DNA of 64,000 bases from a virus (taxonomy: Duplodnaviria; Caudoviricetes). The position numbers were made by a program, and so were the translations under genes. The notes beneath the pieces were generated by a model. It ran no database searches. It was not told the origin of the DNA and was given only the letters and a program-made list of their open reading frames with translations. Location of the stretch: IMG/VR virus record IMGVR_UViG_3300029288_005873, positions 32,001 to 96,000 of that record, one strand, 5' to 3'. Below are positions 22,629 to 33,207 of the stretch, in pieces. The number at the start of each line of letters is the position of its first letter. The stretch's first letter is position 1.

Positions 22629-23492
22629 TTATTTGCCCTCCATAATTTCAAGCATCTCGCGATCATCCGTCGGCTTCCAGACAACAGCTGGTATAGTTTT
22701 CTCAAGCGGAACAAAAATTCTTCCGGTTATCCAGTTCGAAATTTGTGTTCTAAATATAGCATGCCGTTCCTTTGCCAACTTAAGGAGTTTCGGAGAAAAC
22801 AACATTCCAGCACGAATTGAATCTTTTACCATCTCTAATTTATTAATGTCAACTTCCGATCGTTCCCGCATAGCATCATATGCTAGAAGATCATTGATTA
22901 CACTTACAATCATACTAGTGCCTCGGATGTCATATGGATCTTCTGAACACAAAATATGGGATACACATCTTTCATCTAATGGAATATACTTATCCTTAAT
23001 AACATGTAATAACACATGTTCTGGTATACCTCGTTTCAACTCATCATCAGCCGGATCAGTACTTGTGGCAATTTTACGCAGCACAGCATCTGGACGCAGA
23101 TGAAGAGTACAATTACCACTCAAAGAACGCTTTACGAACACATAATCTGGATTCAAAATCGTCAAACAACTCCAGTAATTCTGGTCAGTCCCAAACTCTA
23201 GATGTGGAAAAACTTCACCAAGTTTCCAATACTCCTTAGCCAAATCTAATAATTTGGAACCTGGCTTAAGCCACTCGTCCTCAGCCGGCTCAACCAAGTC
23301 AAGTCTGCGGAGAGCACTAAAACAAGAAGAGTCCTTTGGTATAATGCGAAATCTTGAGATGGAACAGATTGCATGGAATAAGACAGCATTATGTACAATA
23401 GGGTTCAATAAATAAAAACTCCTAATCCAAGAATTCAGGGTTAGCCTATCTCTAGGTACTTTACCATACAAAGAATCCATATAAACCTCCAA
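22629..23492 (-). CDS. Short portal-protein-like paralogue
   Basis: W.R.FY..NP.V.NA, EYWKLGEVFP, W..L.ILNPDYV resemble N-terminal motifs of large-phage portal proteins (recalled, not searched). Confidence 0.45.
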   Translation of the reverse strand: MEVYMDSLYGKVPRDRLTLNSWIRSFYLLNPIVHNAVLFHAICSISRFRIIPKDSSCFSALRRLDLVEPAEDEWLKPGSKLLDLAKEYWKLGEVFPHLEFGTDQNYWSCLTILNPDYVFVKRSLSGNCTLHLRPDAVLRKIATSTDPADDELKRGIPEHVLLHVIKDKYIPLDERCVSHILCSEDPYDIRGTSMIVSVINDLLAYDAMRERSEVDINKLEMVKDSIRAGMLFSPKLLKLAKERHAIFRTQISNWITGRIFVPLEKTIPAVVWKPTDDREMLEIMEGK

Positions 23493-23580
23493 ACAAAAAA
23501 CACGCCATCAAAACACATTCGTAAGCAAAAAATGCTGGAATGGATGGCGCATCAGGTTATAGCTACGGAAAGTGTAACTG

Positions 23581-23668
23581 TGGAAAGTAAGAGAGTTGAA
23601 CTCCTGGAGGCGTTAACCTCACTGGTTTTCAGGACCAGCACTCGGCACCGACGCGAGACGGACTTTCC
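23581..23668 (-). tRNA. tRNA-Ser(UGA), C33, atypical D arm
   Basis: Acceptor GGAAAGT/ACTTTCC; CTGGT-CCTGAAA-ACCAG; long variable arm. Confidence 0.75.
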
Positions 23669-23672
23669 AATA

Positions 23673-23743
23673 AGCGACCAGTCGGAATTGAACCGACGCG
23701 TCCTCCATGGCAAGGAGGCAGGCTACCATAACCTCTTGGTCGC
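23673..23743 (-). tRNA. tRNA-Gly(GCC)
   Basis: GCGACCA/TGGTCGC; CCTCC-TTGCCAT-GGAGG. Confidence 0.85.
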
Positions 23744-23747
23744 AAAA

Positions 23748-23830
23748 CCTGTTCCAGTGTGGGATTTGAACCCTTCGGTCAGCCGCGAACTGGAGCCGAA
23801 TTGCCACCCTCGCGGGGCATCTGAAACAGG
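23748..23830 (-). ncRNA. tRNA-like RNA with no anticodon loop
   Basis: 10-bp terminal stem CCTGTTTCAG/CTGGAACAGG, GGG-TTCAAAT-CCC T arm, two internal hairpins. Confidence 0.55.
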
Positions 23831-23838
23831 AAAACCGG

Positions 23839-25344
23839 TTATTTTACTCTCACAAATTTAGCTAATTGCTGGAAACCTTTTATATCTTTTGCCCCAGCAT
23901 AAGTGATTCCTGACCGTAAAGCCCCAATATATCTATCTATAAGTTCATCTGAGGATTCTCCAACATCCAAATATTTAATAATACCTTCAGTACAAGTGCC
24001 CTTCTTTACACCATTTCTCCATTGTTCCTGAACTTCACGACTAGCCATCCCAGCATATATTTTCTTTCTAATACCGTCAATAAGTATCGTTTCTGCTGGA
24101 CTGTCAGAACAACGAGCAAAAATGCTACCAGCCATAACAGAATTTGCTCCAGCTGCTATTGCTTTCGTAAAATCTGCAGGTTCTCTGATACTGCCATCAC
24201 TAATGATGGGTAAACCTAGCTGAACAGATATGTCCTTAAATTTCGAAACAGAAGTAAATTGTTTCTCATTACAGGCGGCTGTATTTTTTGTTTTACAAGC
24301 AAGACCGTTGGCTATACCAACTTTGACAGCATCAGCAAAATCATTAACTTCAAACATCATGTCAGTATTAATTGTATTCCCTAGTACTACTTTAACACCA
24401 GAAAATTCTTTTTTTAATTTTCTCCCCATTTCAATTACAAAATCGCTATAACCATGAGCAACGTCTATAAAAATCACATTTGCTCCAGCATCAAAAAGTT
24501 TCCTGGCTAGATCAAATTGATTGTCTCCTAGACCTACTGATGCGCACACAATTGAACACTGTGCTGCTATTTGCTTTACCGAAGATACTAATCGTTCATC
24601 CGGTAAAGCCCTATGCATAACACCTAATGCTCCGAGTTTATATAATTGTATACAAAATTCGGCATCAACAACCGCAGACATGTTAGAAGCCATTATTGGA
24701 ACGGCTAAAGAAATGCCCCTAAAAACTTCAGATGAAATATCCACATCTAGACGAGATCTACATATATTTTTATTCTGAAGTATAGCTACTTCATCAAAAC
24801 CTAAACTAATGGGTATACGATCAGATGTCAAATTATTATCAAGAAAATACATGTGAGATGTTTTATCAAACTTAATTAAACCACTTTGTACTAGTTTGAA
24901 AGCCTGCCTCTGTAAACTTCCATGTATTTTTTGATGATCAGATTCATTTTCCGCTATGACAAGATTTGATATAGAATTATTCTTCTTATCTCCATCGATA
25001 TGATGGACTATCTCATTGTCTAATAAATCGCGTCCAATGGATTTTTCCATAATAAGTCTATGTAGAAATACCCTCTTATCTCCCTTGTATTCCCTGAAAT
25101 ATCCATCAGCTAATAGCAATTTTCCTTTTCTTCTCAAAAAACCAGCGCGTTTTCTAGCACATCTCCAACAATAATCTTTGTTATCTTTATTTTTACTCCT
25201 TATGCGTCGTTTATACACATCTCTTATGACAACTTCATCTTCTGATCCACAGTCATCACAAATCCTAATCACTTTCATATGACTATGAAGTGATAGGGTA
25301 GAAATATCTATCCCATCTATAGTTTTGTCACCTTTAATACTCAT
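23839..25344 (-). CDS. HNH endonuclease fused to IMP dehydrogenase/GMP reductase (no CBS domains)
   Basis: N-term HRLIME...VHHIDGDKKNN..NL; C-term PIMASNM, IDVAHG, VKVGIANGLACKT, IISDGSI, YAGMAS, LRSGITYAG. Confidence 0.88.
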   Translation of the reverse strand: MSIKGDKTIDGIDISTLSLHSHMKVIRICDDCGSEDEVVIRDVYKRRIRSKNKDNKDYCWRCARKRAGFLRRKGKLLLADGYFREYKGDKRVFLHRLIMEKSIGRDLLDNEIVHHIDGDKKNNSISNLVIAENESDHQKIHGSLQRQAFKLVQSGLIKFDKTSHMYFLDNNLTSDRIPISLGFDEVAILQNKNICRSRLDVDISSEVFRGISLAVPIMASNMSAVVDAEFCIQLYKLGALGVMHRALPDERLVSSVKQIAAQCSIVCASVGLGDNQFDLARKLFDAGANVIFIDVAHGYSDFVIEMGRKLKKEFSGVKVVLGNTINTDMMFEVNDFADAVKVGIANGLACKTKNTAACNEKQFTSVSKFKDISVQLGLPIISDGSIREPADFTKAIAAGANSVMAGSIFARCSDSPAETILIDGIRKKIYAGMASREVQEQWRNGVKKGTCTEGIIKYLDVGESSDELIDRYIGALRSGITYAGAKDIKGFQQLAKFVRVK

Positions 25345-25368
25345 TATATTTTCCTGTATATAATATAT

Positions 25369-26379
25369 CTACCAGGGTATTTCTCTGATATCCGATCTGT
25401 CAGCACCATAAGAAACAAACTTGACACGGACCGAAGCCTCATGCATCATATGTAATAAATCAGACAGACCAAAAACCTGACGAAATTTGCCCTCAAAATA
25501 TACTACCAAAGGGTATTTGACAACATCTGTTTTCGTCAAGGCAACAAAATCAACACCGTTTACCTTAGCCGCTCTCTTTGCCTCATCAAGGTCAAGATAC
25601 CCAATCCTTCTTGGGCGCCCAGTTGTTGAGCCATATTCATTTCCTCTAGTTCTATATTCTTCGGCTTCAAGATCAGGCATTTCTAGAAAAGGTCCTTTTC
25701 CTACCCTTGTGGAATAGGGTTTACAGACTCCGCACACAATATTTATTTGTTTGGGAGACAGACCAGTATAAGCACAAATGCCACCCGTAGTACATGATGA
25801 GGATGTCACATATGGATAAGTTCCATGCCATAGATCCAATCCAAAAGCTTGTGCTCCCTCAACAATTACCCGCTCCTTATGAACAACTGAATAAAGAAAA
25901 TCGACAGTATCACAAAGATGACGCTGGATAAATGGGTATTTATCAACAAGGTCTCCCACGGTCTGTCCAATTCTGGTAACTCTATCTTCCATACATGGAC
26001 CAATTCCTCGACAAGTTGTACCGATGCGCGAACCAGTAGCTTTGTCTCGTTCCTTGTGTTCTGGAAGAACTGCTGGACAGCGCGGATCTACCATTACCTT
26101 ACTTCCATTGGCAAGAAACATACCGATTTCCGATTCCAGTTCCGCGAGATCAATAAGAACGCCTGGAGAAAGTACGGAAACTGTTCCCTCACGCAAAACT
26201 GTCGCAGGTAGGTGGTGAAGTACCGACTTTTTGCCATTGGCAACTACTGTATGCCCAGCATTTGCCCCACCATTACTCCTTACGCCAATCCTAATATTCC
26301 ACAAATGAATCAAATGATCCGCGACACGACTCTTGGCTTCGTCGCCATATTGTAGCCCAACAACCGCTATAACTGACAT
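25369..26379 (-). CDS. purA: Adenylosuccinate synthetase (short form)
   Basis: GLQYGDEAK, GGANAGHTV, EGAQ..LD..HGTYPYVTSS, YSTRVGKGP, EYGSTTGRPRR. Confidence 0.95.
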   Translation of the reverse strand: MSVIAVVGLQYGDEAKSRVADHLIHLWNIRIGVRSNGGANAGHTVVANGKKSVLHHLPATVLREGTVSVLSPGVLIDLAELESEIGMFLANGSKVMVDPRCPAVLPEHKERDKATGSRIGTTCRGIGPCMEDRVTRIGQTVGDLVDKYPFIQRHLCDTVDFLYSVVHKERVIVEGAQAFGLDLWHGTYPYVTSSSCTTGGICAYTGLSPKQINIVCGVCKPYSTRVGKGPFLEMPDLEAEEYRTRGNEYGSTTGRPRRIGYLDLDEAKRAAKVNGVDFVALTKTDVVKYPLVVYFEGKFRQVFGLSDLLHMMHEASVRVKFVSYGADRSDIREIPW

Positions 26380-26394
26380 GGCTTTCCTTTCATA

Positions 26395-28084
26395 CTACTT
26401 CTTCGGTCTATCAAATCTGATGACTAATTCACCTTTGCCAGAAAATCCTTCATCACCAACTTCTTTATGTCTAACTTCTGTTTTGATACGCACCTCATAC
26501 TCGATTCCCTTGGTGCGATACTCGTACATACTAGAAGTAAGTGAAGAGACCAATGTCAGCATCTCTTCTTCAGTAATATACAAACGCATCTCAACATGCG
26601 GTAGTTCCTGATCAAGAGCTTTTGCTGGATAGACAACAGTTTCTGTCTTCATGGCTACACCTTGGGTTCAAAAACTTTGTGTTTGAAATATGGGCACCGT
26701 TTCGCAATTACACACAAGATTTCTTTAAGGACAAGTGACTGAAGCAATGGAATATCTTCGAATTCAGTATGAGTCCAAAGATGATCAAATTCCTCAATAA
26801 ATCTGGCAGCTCTTGCCTGAATAGCACATTTTTCATTACTAGTACACAATTCACAAATACGACAATAGCATCTTTTATCTTGGCAAGGATAAATTGGATC
26901 TCTAACCCCATTTAAGCTGTCACCACATACTCCAATTGGTCCATTACCATTTTCATCATCCTTATATGCTATTTCTTCTTCTAAACTAGTAAACTTTAGA
27001 AAATCTGGACATTGATCGCATTCCCAATCGGTAACATAACGACAACCTTGCCAATTTTGAAGCCTTTCCTGTGATGTAAGTTTCCTCATTCATTTCTCAC
27101 TTCTAAAAAACTGGACATTATTTTACTTCCAAGGGCTTCACCAAAACTGACCATCTATCTGTCACAAGGTCAAATGGTGAAATATACCACATGTCGATTT
27201 TGTAATCGGCATAATTAACTATCCTTTTCTGGAAATATACCTTCACAAAGGATTCATCAGTTGACCGAAATTCCCAATAATAACAGCGCCTTTTTGGATC
27301 TGGTTGGAGCCAATGAAGCCGCCAAAGCTGATCTTTGGGAATTTCCAGGCTGTCGTGGACAATTTGGTCTTCACTAAACTCGACATACGGACCACGGTCC
27401 CCTATAACAACCCGTTCATATCCCTTTGCAACAATGAGATTACTTTTGGTATAAAAACTCACCAACTCGCCTTCAGGTGGAAACTCGGGCAAAATCAGTC
27501 GTTGCCTGTAACCTTCCCTTATATCATCGCTAGATTTGGGCATCGCTAACACACCAAAACAAATTTTTATGAGGATATTCGCAATTAAAACCTATTTCGA
27601 ATAGACCTTCGCGTTCCTCTGTGGATGTGATACAAAGAAGAAACGTCTGTGATGTAAAATCTACACTATGAGACATATGTAGACTATCTGGCATCTTATT
27701 TATATCTATATTGGCATATCTACCAACAATAAAGTGTATAGCATCAATTTCTGATATCCCTAGAGCCGTTTGAACACGATATATTGCCACCTTTGGAATT
27801 CTTAGAATTACGCCCCAAAAAGGCTTGCGAATAATCCTATCTAGTTTGGACAATTTGTCCTCCATCGGTTCTTTACTCATTCACCACCTCGTGGTAATTG
27901 CTTCTAGCCTACCAATAAGCGTGGCAAGCCTTAGCCTAAGATGGATGTTTGATTCCATCAAATTTTGTAAAGCCTTGGGATCGCCATAGTTTAGAAGAAC
28001 TCTGTTACCAGATTCTACAGCATCCTTGTACACGGACTCAACATATTCCCTAAGTGCCGCAATTTCTTTTCTATTTATCCACAT
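26395..28084 (-). CDS. Five hypothetical ORFs (26395-26652, 26655-27089, 27118-27552, 27530-27880, 27881-28084)
   Basis: Tiling; 27118-27552 carries GYERVVIGDRGPYVEF / YADYK / WYISP. Confidence 0.55.
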
Positions 28085-28095
28085 AATTATCCTTG

Positions 28096-28166
28096 AAGCG
28101 GGAATCAGAATCGAACTGATGTATCCAGGTTATGAGCCTGGAACCTGACCACTAGGCTATCCCGCA
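28096..28166 (-). tRNA. tRNA-Met(CAU), U1:U72 mismatch
   Basis: CCAGG-CTCATAA-CCTGG; TGCGGGA/TCCCGCT. Confidence 0.85.
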
Positions 28167-28167
28167 G

Positions 28168-28238
28168 TTGCAGGACCAGGAGTTAAACCTGGAACTCTGG
28201 GACTTGGGCCCAGTATGATGTCGTTTCACCATCCTGCG
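28168..28238 (-). tRNA. Initiator-like tRNA body with CAA anticodon and C33
   Basis: CGCAGGA/TCCTGCA (C1:A72), CTGGG-CCCAAGT-CCCAG, short variable loop. Confidence 0.7.
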
Positions 28239-29346
28239 AAAAAACTTTATCGTACTACATTTTCTCTTCCTAACTTTGTTAACTTAGCAGCCCAATCAGT
28301 CTTGTGGAATCTGATCATTTTGTAATCCAGCAACTCCAACCAACAACGTCTAATGGTACAAACTGTGGCTCTTAACTCCTTGGCTAGTTCAAAATCATTT
28401 ATCCATTTTGAACAATCATATTTACTCATGACATTCAATACCCGCTCTTTATTTATTCTACCTCGTTTAGGACGTCTCCTTTTTGCCACTTTACGTTTGC
28501 GTATTATCTCTTGAATTACTCTAATACAATAATCAAAATTTACCGAGGCAACACGACTAATACCATCAATAGCTTCCAAAGCATCCAAATCGGAGATAGG
28601 GTTCTTAATCTTTTCGATCAGTGACCTCATGATTAAACCTTTCACAATTACAACAAAGAGAACACCTTTTACACATATTACAGAAATCATGAGCGGCTAA
28701 ACAGCAATGCGCACAAACTCTCCTAGTAAGAATCCAGACAAGCAATTTCAAAAATGCGATAAATGCCAGAATGAAACCAACCGTGCCAAACAAATATACA
28801 AGCGAAAAACCCAACGATATCCTTAGAGATTCTCCCACACTATGTGTAATATTAATCATCCCTGTTTACCTCCTTGCGAAGCTTTAAAGTTTCAGCATAA
28901 AATTCAACTAAAATCTTTGCTTCCTCAGGAGTATCTGCCCTCTTTTTGTCTAAAAAAGCAAGAAATTCGACAACAGCTTTGCGCATCCACTTAAGGCGAT
29001 AATAATTGTCGTTAGCTATCTCAGAATTGCGCTGATTTGCCATCTCATCATTGACACTCATTATTAGTCCCTCAAATATTTATTACAAAGAATATTAAGT
29101 GATTCTCTAGCAGTAGCTAGTGCTTTATCCAATTCTTTTAATACAATCGCTTCGCTTGAGAAACCTCTGGAAAACACATCTAATGCCTTTTGGACATCGG
29201 GACACCATCTCAGCATATCAAACGCTTTATATTTTCCAGCCATATCCATGTCACATATCCAATATGTTAATACCTTATCTACAATTGGTTGTCCGATACG
29301 ATATTTTGGCCACTCAACCCCATCATCTTTCATATCTTCCTCCAAA

Positions 29347-29418
29347 AGCTAGCTGGCAGAATCGAACTGCAAAAGGCGCTGTACAAGGGCGCTGAGGAGC
29401 CTTTCCCCAACAGCTAGC
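29347..29418 (-). tRNA. tRNA-Thr(UGU)
   Basis: GCTAGCT/AGCTAGC; anticodon loop CTTGTAC. Confidence 0.7.
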
Positions 29419-29878
29419 AATCCTTTTTTCTATCTACTCTTATTAATGCATGACAATTAGCGCAGAGTATACTCAAATTCTCAAAACTGTTGTTCTTAGA
29501 ATTTTGATCATTATGATGTAGCTCTAGAGGAGCTGGTTGTCCGCACCAGACTGTTAATCCGCACATCTCGCATCGTTTTTCTTTGAGACCGCTGTGCCAT
29601 AACTTTTCTTTCAGTTTAGTTGTAGAGATATATGGTCCATTCAGGACAAGATATTTATCTAGACGTCTAGCAATCTGTTGCGGAAACCTTTGTTCTTTAT
29701 TCCAAGTTTTACCTCGAAAATGACTTGAATCAAAACCAAGTTTATTGGCAAGTCTCTGAATATGAACATAGGTTCCACCGGCTGCGCATAGTCCGAGTTT
29801 ACGAATAACGGAGCCCCAAGAAAAAGAGTTTCTAATAGCTTCTGCCAGTTCTTGATCTGTATAACGTCTTATTCTCAT
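29414..29878 (-). mobile_element. HNH homing endonuclease between tRNA genes
   Basis: CEMCG...PLELHH...NNSFENL.ILCANCH. Confidence 0.88.
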
Positions 29879-29892
29879 GCCATATTACCTAA

Positions 29893-29966
29893 TGCCCCTA
29901 ATCGGATTCGAACCGATACTGTCCAGTTTTTGAAACTGGTGCCTATACCTGTTTGGCTACAGGGGC
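29893..29966 (-). tRNA. tRNA-Leu(CAA) with short variable loop
   Basis: GCCCCTG/TAGGGGC, A73; CCAGT-TTCAAAA-ACTGG. Confidence 0.85.
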
Positions 29967-29971
29967 AATAA

Positions 29972-30053
29972 TACAGAGGGAGGGAATCGAACCCTCACGT
30001 CCGAGGACACAGGATTTTAAGTCCTACGCGTCTACCTGTTTCGCCACCCCTGC
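29972..30053 (-). tRNA. tRNA-Leu(UAA)
   Basis: Class II cloverleaf; anticodon loop CTTAAAA. Confidence 0.92.
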
Positions 30054-30059
30054 ATCTTA

Positions 30060-31223
30060 TTATTTCTCATTCAGTCTTATGTCTATCCCGCGCATGGACA
30101 GACCATCAATCATCCTCTTAAAAAATACATCATTACTACCAAGTAGTTCGGGCGGAACAACACCAAGCTGTACAAGCTCGCCCTTAGCCAGCATTCTGGC
30201 AATAATAGCACAAGGAAAACCTGTAGTGCGCGCCATAGATGAAAAACCTGTCAGTGGATCATATTCATCATATAGGTCCCATACATATGACTTCTTAATT
30301 CCTCCGTTTGTCCCCTCAACTATGACACGCATAACTGTAAAATCTTCTTCGTCCTTGGGCATTTTCCAAGCATCAAAAAGCAATTTTGTAGTAACATCAA
30401 AAGGTCTAATATTCTGTCCACCAATGTTAATTGAATCAGTCGAAAAAAATCCAGTTTCCCTGAGCATCCGCATTTTTTCCGCATGACCAGGAAAGCGTAA
30501 TGTTTTCTCTTTCATAAAAGGAGCATTGAGATTATCTCCTATTGAACGAAGTCCGTCCGTATTAAATGCTTCTAATGTTCCAACCCCTGGTAGATCTATA
30601 AGTTCTACATCAGTCAATGCAGGCTTATTAACCCATTGACCTCCTTCAATCCACCTAGCTGGACGCGTATATTCTTCTATTACATCAGCAGGAGAAAAAA
30701 CAATCCGATACTCAAATGGCCACACTCGCCTCTTTGGAAGACCACCGACAAGTATAAGCATACGCTCAACATGGTCTAGCATATGTGTCGCTCGACCACA
30801 AAACAGATTCGATAAACCTGGTGCGACACCACAATCAACAATTGCTGTAACACCATTCTGTTTTGCTAACCCATCAAGCTCCATAGCATTCTCTGGCATG
30901 AAGGAAATGTCGGCAAAAGATTTTCTAGCTTCAATAACTGTACGCAATGTACGATAGCCAAGAAAACCTGGCATAGCGCCAATAACAACATCTGCGTTTT
31001 TGATCACATCACGAAGAACATCCTGATCTGAAAGATCATCACAAATAGTGTCCAAGCTACAATAAACCGTGGGCTCCAAAACTAATGTAATATCCTGTTT
31101 CAGCTTATGTAATGCGCTAGCATTACAATCGGCAACAGTTACATTCATACCCTTATCACGGATAAGGTCCAATGCCATAATCCTACCAACTAAACCTGCG
31201 CCGAGAACAGTTATGTTTGGCAT
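30060..31223 (-). CDS. Saccharopine dehydrogenase-like (lysine 6-dehydrogenase family) oxidoreductase
   Basis: GAGLVG Rossmann motif, DCGVAPGLSN, LEAFNTDGL, EKTLRFPGH, SMARTTG. Confidence 0.9.
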   Translation of the reverse strand: MPNITVLGAGLVGRIMALDLIRDKGMNVTVADCNASALHKLKQDITLVLEPTVYCSLDTICDDLSDQDVLRDVIKNADVVIGAMPGFLGYRTLRTVIEARKSFADISFMPENAMELDGLAKQNGVTAIVDCGVAPGLSNLFCGRATHMLDHVERMLILVGGLPKRRVWPFEYRIVFSPADVIEEYTRPARWIEGGQWVNKPALTDVELIDLPGVGTLEAFNTDGLRSIGDNLNAPFMKEKTLRFPGHAEKMRMLRETGFFSTDSINIGGQNIRPFDVTTKLLFDAWKMPKDEEDFTVMRVIVEGTNGGIKKSYVWDLYDEYDPLTGFSSMARTTGFPCAIIARMLAKGELVQLGVVPPELLGSNDVFFKRMIDGLSMRGIDIRLNEK

Positions 31224-31226
31224 TTA

Positions 31227-31496
31227 CTATCTCCCACATTTTGTACAAATATCATACATACTTGTTATTCCAAGTACTCTTTTTGTCATTGCCCCGCACC
31301 AGAAACATTCCGCACGCCCATCGTTGTTTTTTGGTTCTAATTTTGGTTCTTGAGTCGATATTTCCTGAAACCTATATCTCTCATAACCTCCGTCTACTTG
31401 TCCAAAACGTCTATTATCTTTGCGGTCCCATACAACCCATATAAAACCACTAAATGAATTCCAACGGTCAGGAAAATACTTCTTACCATCTACCAC
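31227..31496 (-). CDS. Third PxNNDGR..CFWCG Zn-ribbon family member; 5' part probably frameshifted (RBS and ATG near 31608)
   Basis: PKNNDGRAECFWCG...YDICTKCGR. Confidence 0.55.
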   Translation of the reverse strand: MVDGKKYFPDRWNSFSGFIWVVWDRKDNRRFGQVDGGYERYRFQEISTQEPKLEPKNNDGRAECFWCGAMTKRVLGITSMYDICTKCGR

Positions 31497-31678
31497 AGTA
31501 GCTCTAGTACCAAGCTGTGCAGACAGGCTAGCACAATCTATAAGTTCCTGGAGGCAATTGTATTAATGGCTCACCGCTCGGCATAAAATAATAGTTTATG
31601 AAATTCATCTAAACTCCAAAGATCATTGTATTGTACGTTATATGGTTATAGGAACATTTTATAATACCATATGATACA

Positions 31679-32155
31679 TTAAGCATGCACTGATATGGCG
31701 CGTTCCGCCAGATCAGAGAGAAAAACAATTACCTTGTCCGTCTCCGACTTCTTCAAAGGTTTTGCTTTGTAGAATGTAACTTTATATCCACCAAACGTCC
31801 CATTGTTCTGAATCAGAATGTCATAATGATCTAGCCGCCTTGGTTGTCTCCTCGGCACACCAATAGAAAACGAATACAAAGGATGACCTGTTGTGAACTC
31901 GATAATTTCAGACATTATCTGTGCTCCAACTTCTAACAGTTTCGCCTCACCATCTTCCATGTCGATTACGCCAAGTGTCCACCTAGTTTGTGGACGACTA
32001 TCAGCACAATTTTCACAGCCGTGACCAGAACAAGAAGTGCGCCTAAAACGACCATCGTCATTGACCCAATGGACTTCACTATCTCCTAACCTAGCAAAAA
32101 CCCTAACTGTCTTTGACGAACTCCTACCAATCGTAAGCCGTTTTATATCATTCAT
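31679..32155 (-). CDS. Possible OB-fold ssDNA-binding protein fragment
   Basis: HW...C....C..C, VID, LLEVG, YDI.I pattern resembles gp32-like SSBs. Confidence 0.35.
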   Translation of the reverse strand: MNDIKRLTIGRSSSKTVRVFARLGDSEVHWVNDDGRFRRTSCSGHGCENCADSRPQTRWTLGVIDMEDGEAKLLEVGAQIMSEIIEFTTGHPLYSFSIGVPRRQPRRLDHYDILIQNNGTFGGYKVTFYKAKPLKKSETDKVIVFLSDLAERAISVHA

Positions 32156-32168
32156 AATCTTCCCCTTA

Positions 32169-32242
32169 TACCCCTGGTAGGATTTGAACCTACAATTTCT
32201 CGGTTCGTAGCCGAATGTCCTGATCCGTTAGACGACAGGGGC
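32169..32242 (-). tRNA. tRNA-Arg(ACG)
   Basis: Cloverleaf; anticodon loop CTACGAA. Confidence 0.92.
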
Positions 32243-33207
32243 GTACAACTATTATCTTTTCCCAATTAACCAGTCTATCTGTTCATCGGTGATACTTACG
32301 CCAGTAGAAACTTCAAAAATATCAAAACAACCCCAAGCCAACGAATTGAAGAAAAGGCTCTGAGCCTCTCCGTGCTTTAATTCGCTTTCCTCATCTAGCC
32401 AGCTGAAAATATCCTGAAAAGAATGCGCACTTCGTTGAAGACTCTTAACTACTCCATAGCCAATTGCTGAGTACCATTCTTTTATGAGCCTTTTTTGTTT
32501 CGGATTCAATTCATTCTTGCGCATCCGTAGGAGCGTCACTTTTGCTGGTTTCTTCCACTCTTCTCCAAACTCATGCCATGAACCATTTGGTAGCTCGATC
32601 CCAACTGATCCCTCACCAAACATTGAAGCAGCAATATCGAGAGCTTCAGAAAGAGTGCCGCATTCAGCGTCTGGCTTTCTACACCCTTGCCCTTGTGTCA
32701 TCCAAACTTTGTACGTTGGCTCTGTAATCTCAGTAAACATATGATTACTAAAACCTGAATGCTTGGACAGCTCATCACCGCAAAAGCACATTGGATCGTC
32801 TTTCTCGCTCATTTCCACTCCACGGCAAAAGCCTTGCCAAATAGCACAGCCAAGGCATCAGTGATGCGTCCAAAAATATCCTTTAACCAAGGTCCTGGCA
32901 AAGGCTTAGATATGTACCACTCATAGTTTCCATTACATCCCCAGTTGTTCAATACAATATCAATATCACTCTTGCGTCTCAACATATTCTACCTATTTGC
33001 GAAAACTATCCCAATCAGGGCAACCCGACCAGAGTTTTATCAGCGTACGTTGATGACCATTTGGACCGAGTTTTTTAAGATTACCATGAATGTCATATTC
33101 CTTCTCAATTCCACGCTCCTGCTCAGAGGAACAGTTTTCCCCCTTAAATTCCTGTGTAAAAACTTCACCATTGTCATCAACAATAGTTATATGTATCAAC
33201 ACTTTCA

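Noticed and set aside
23532-23861. ORFs overlapping tRNA clusters (also 12011-12226, 36170-36685, 48081-48371)
   Set aside because: Explained by the underlying RNA genes.
25369-26379. PurZ (2-aminoadenine DNA pathway)
   Set aside because: The catalytic Asp of PurA is retained (GDEAK); PurZ has Ser at this position (GSTGKG).
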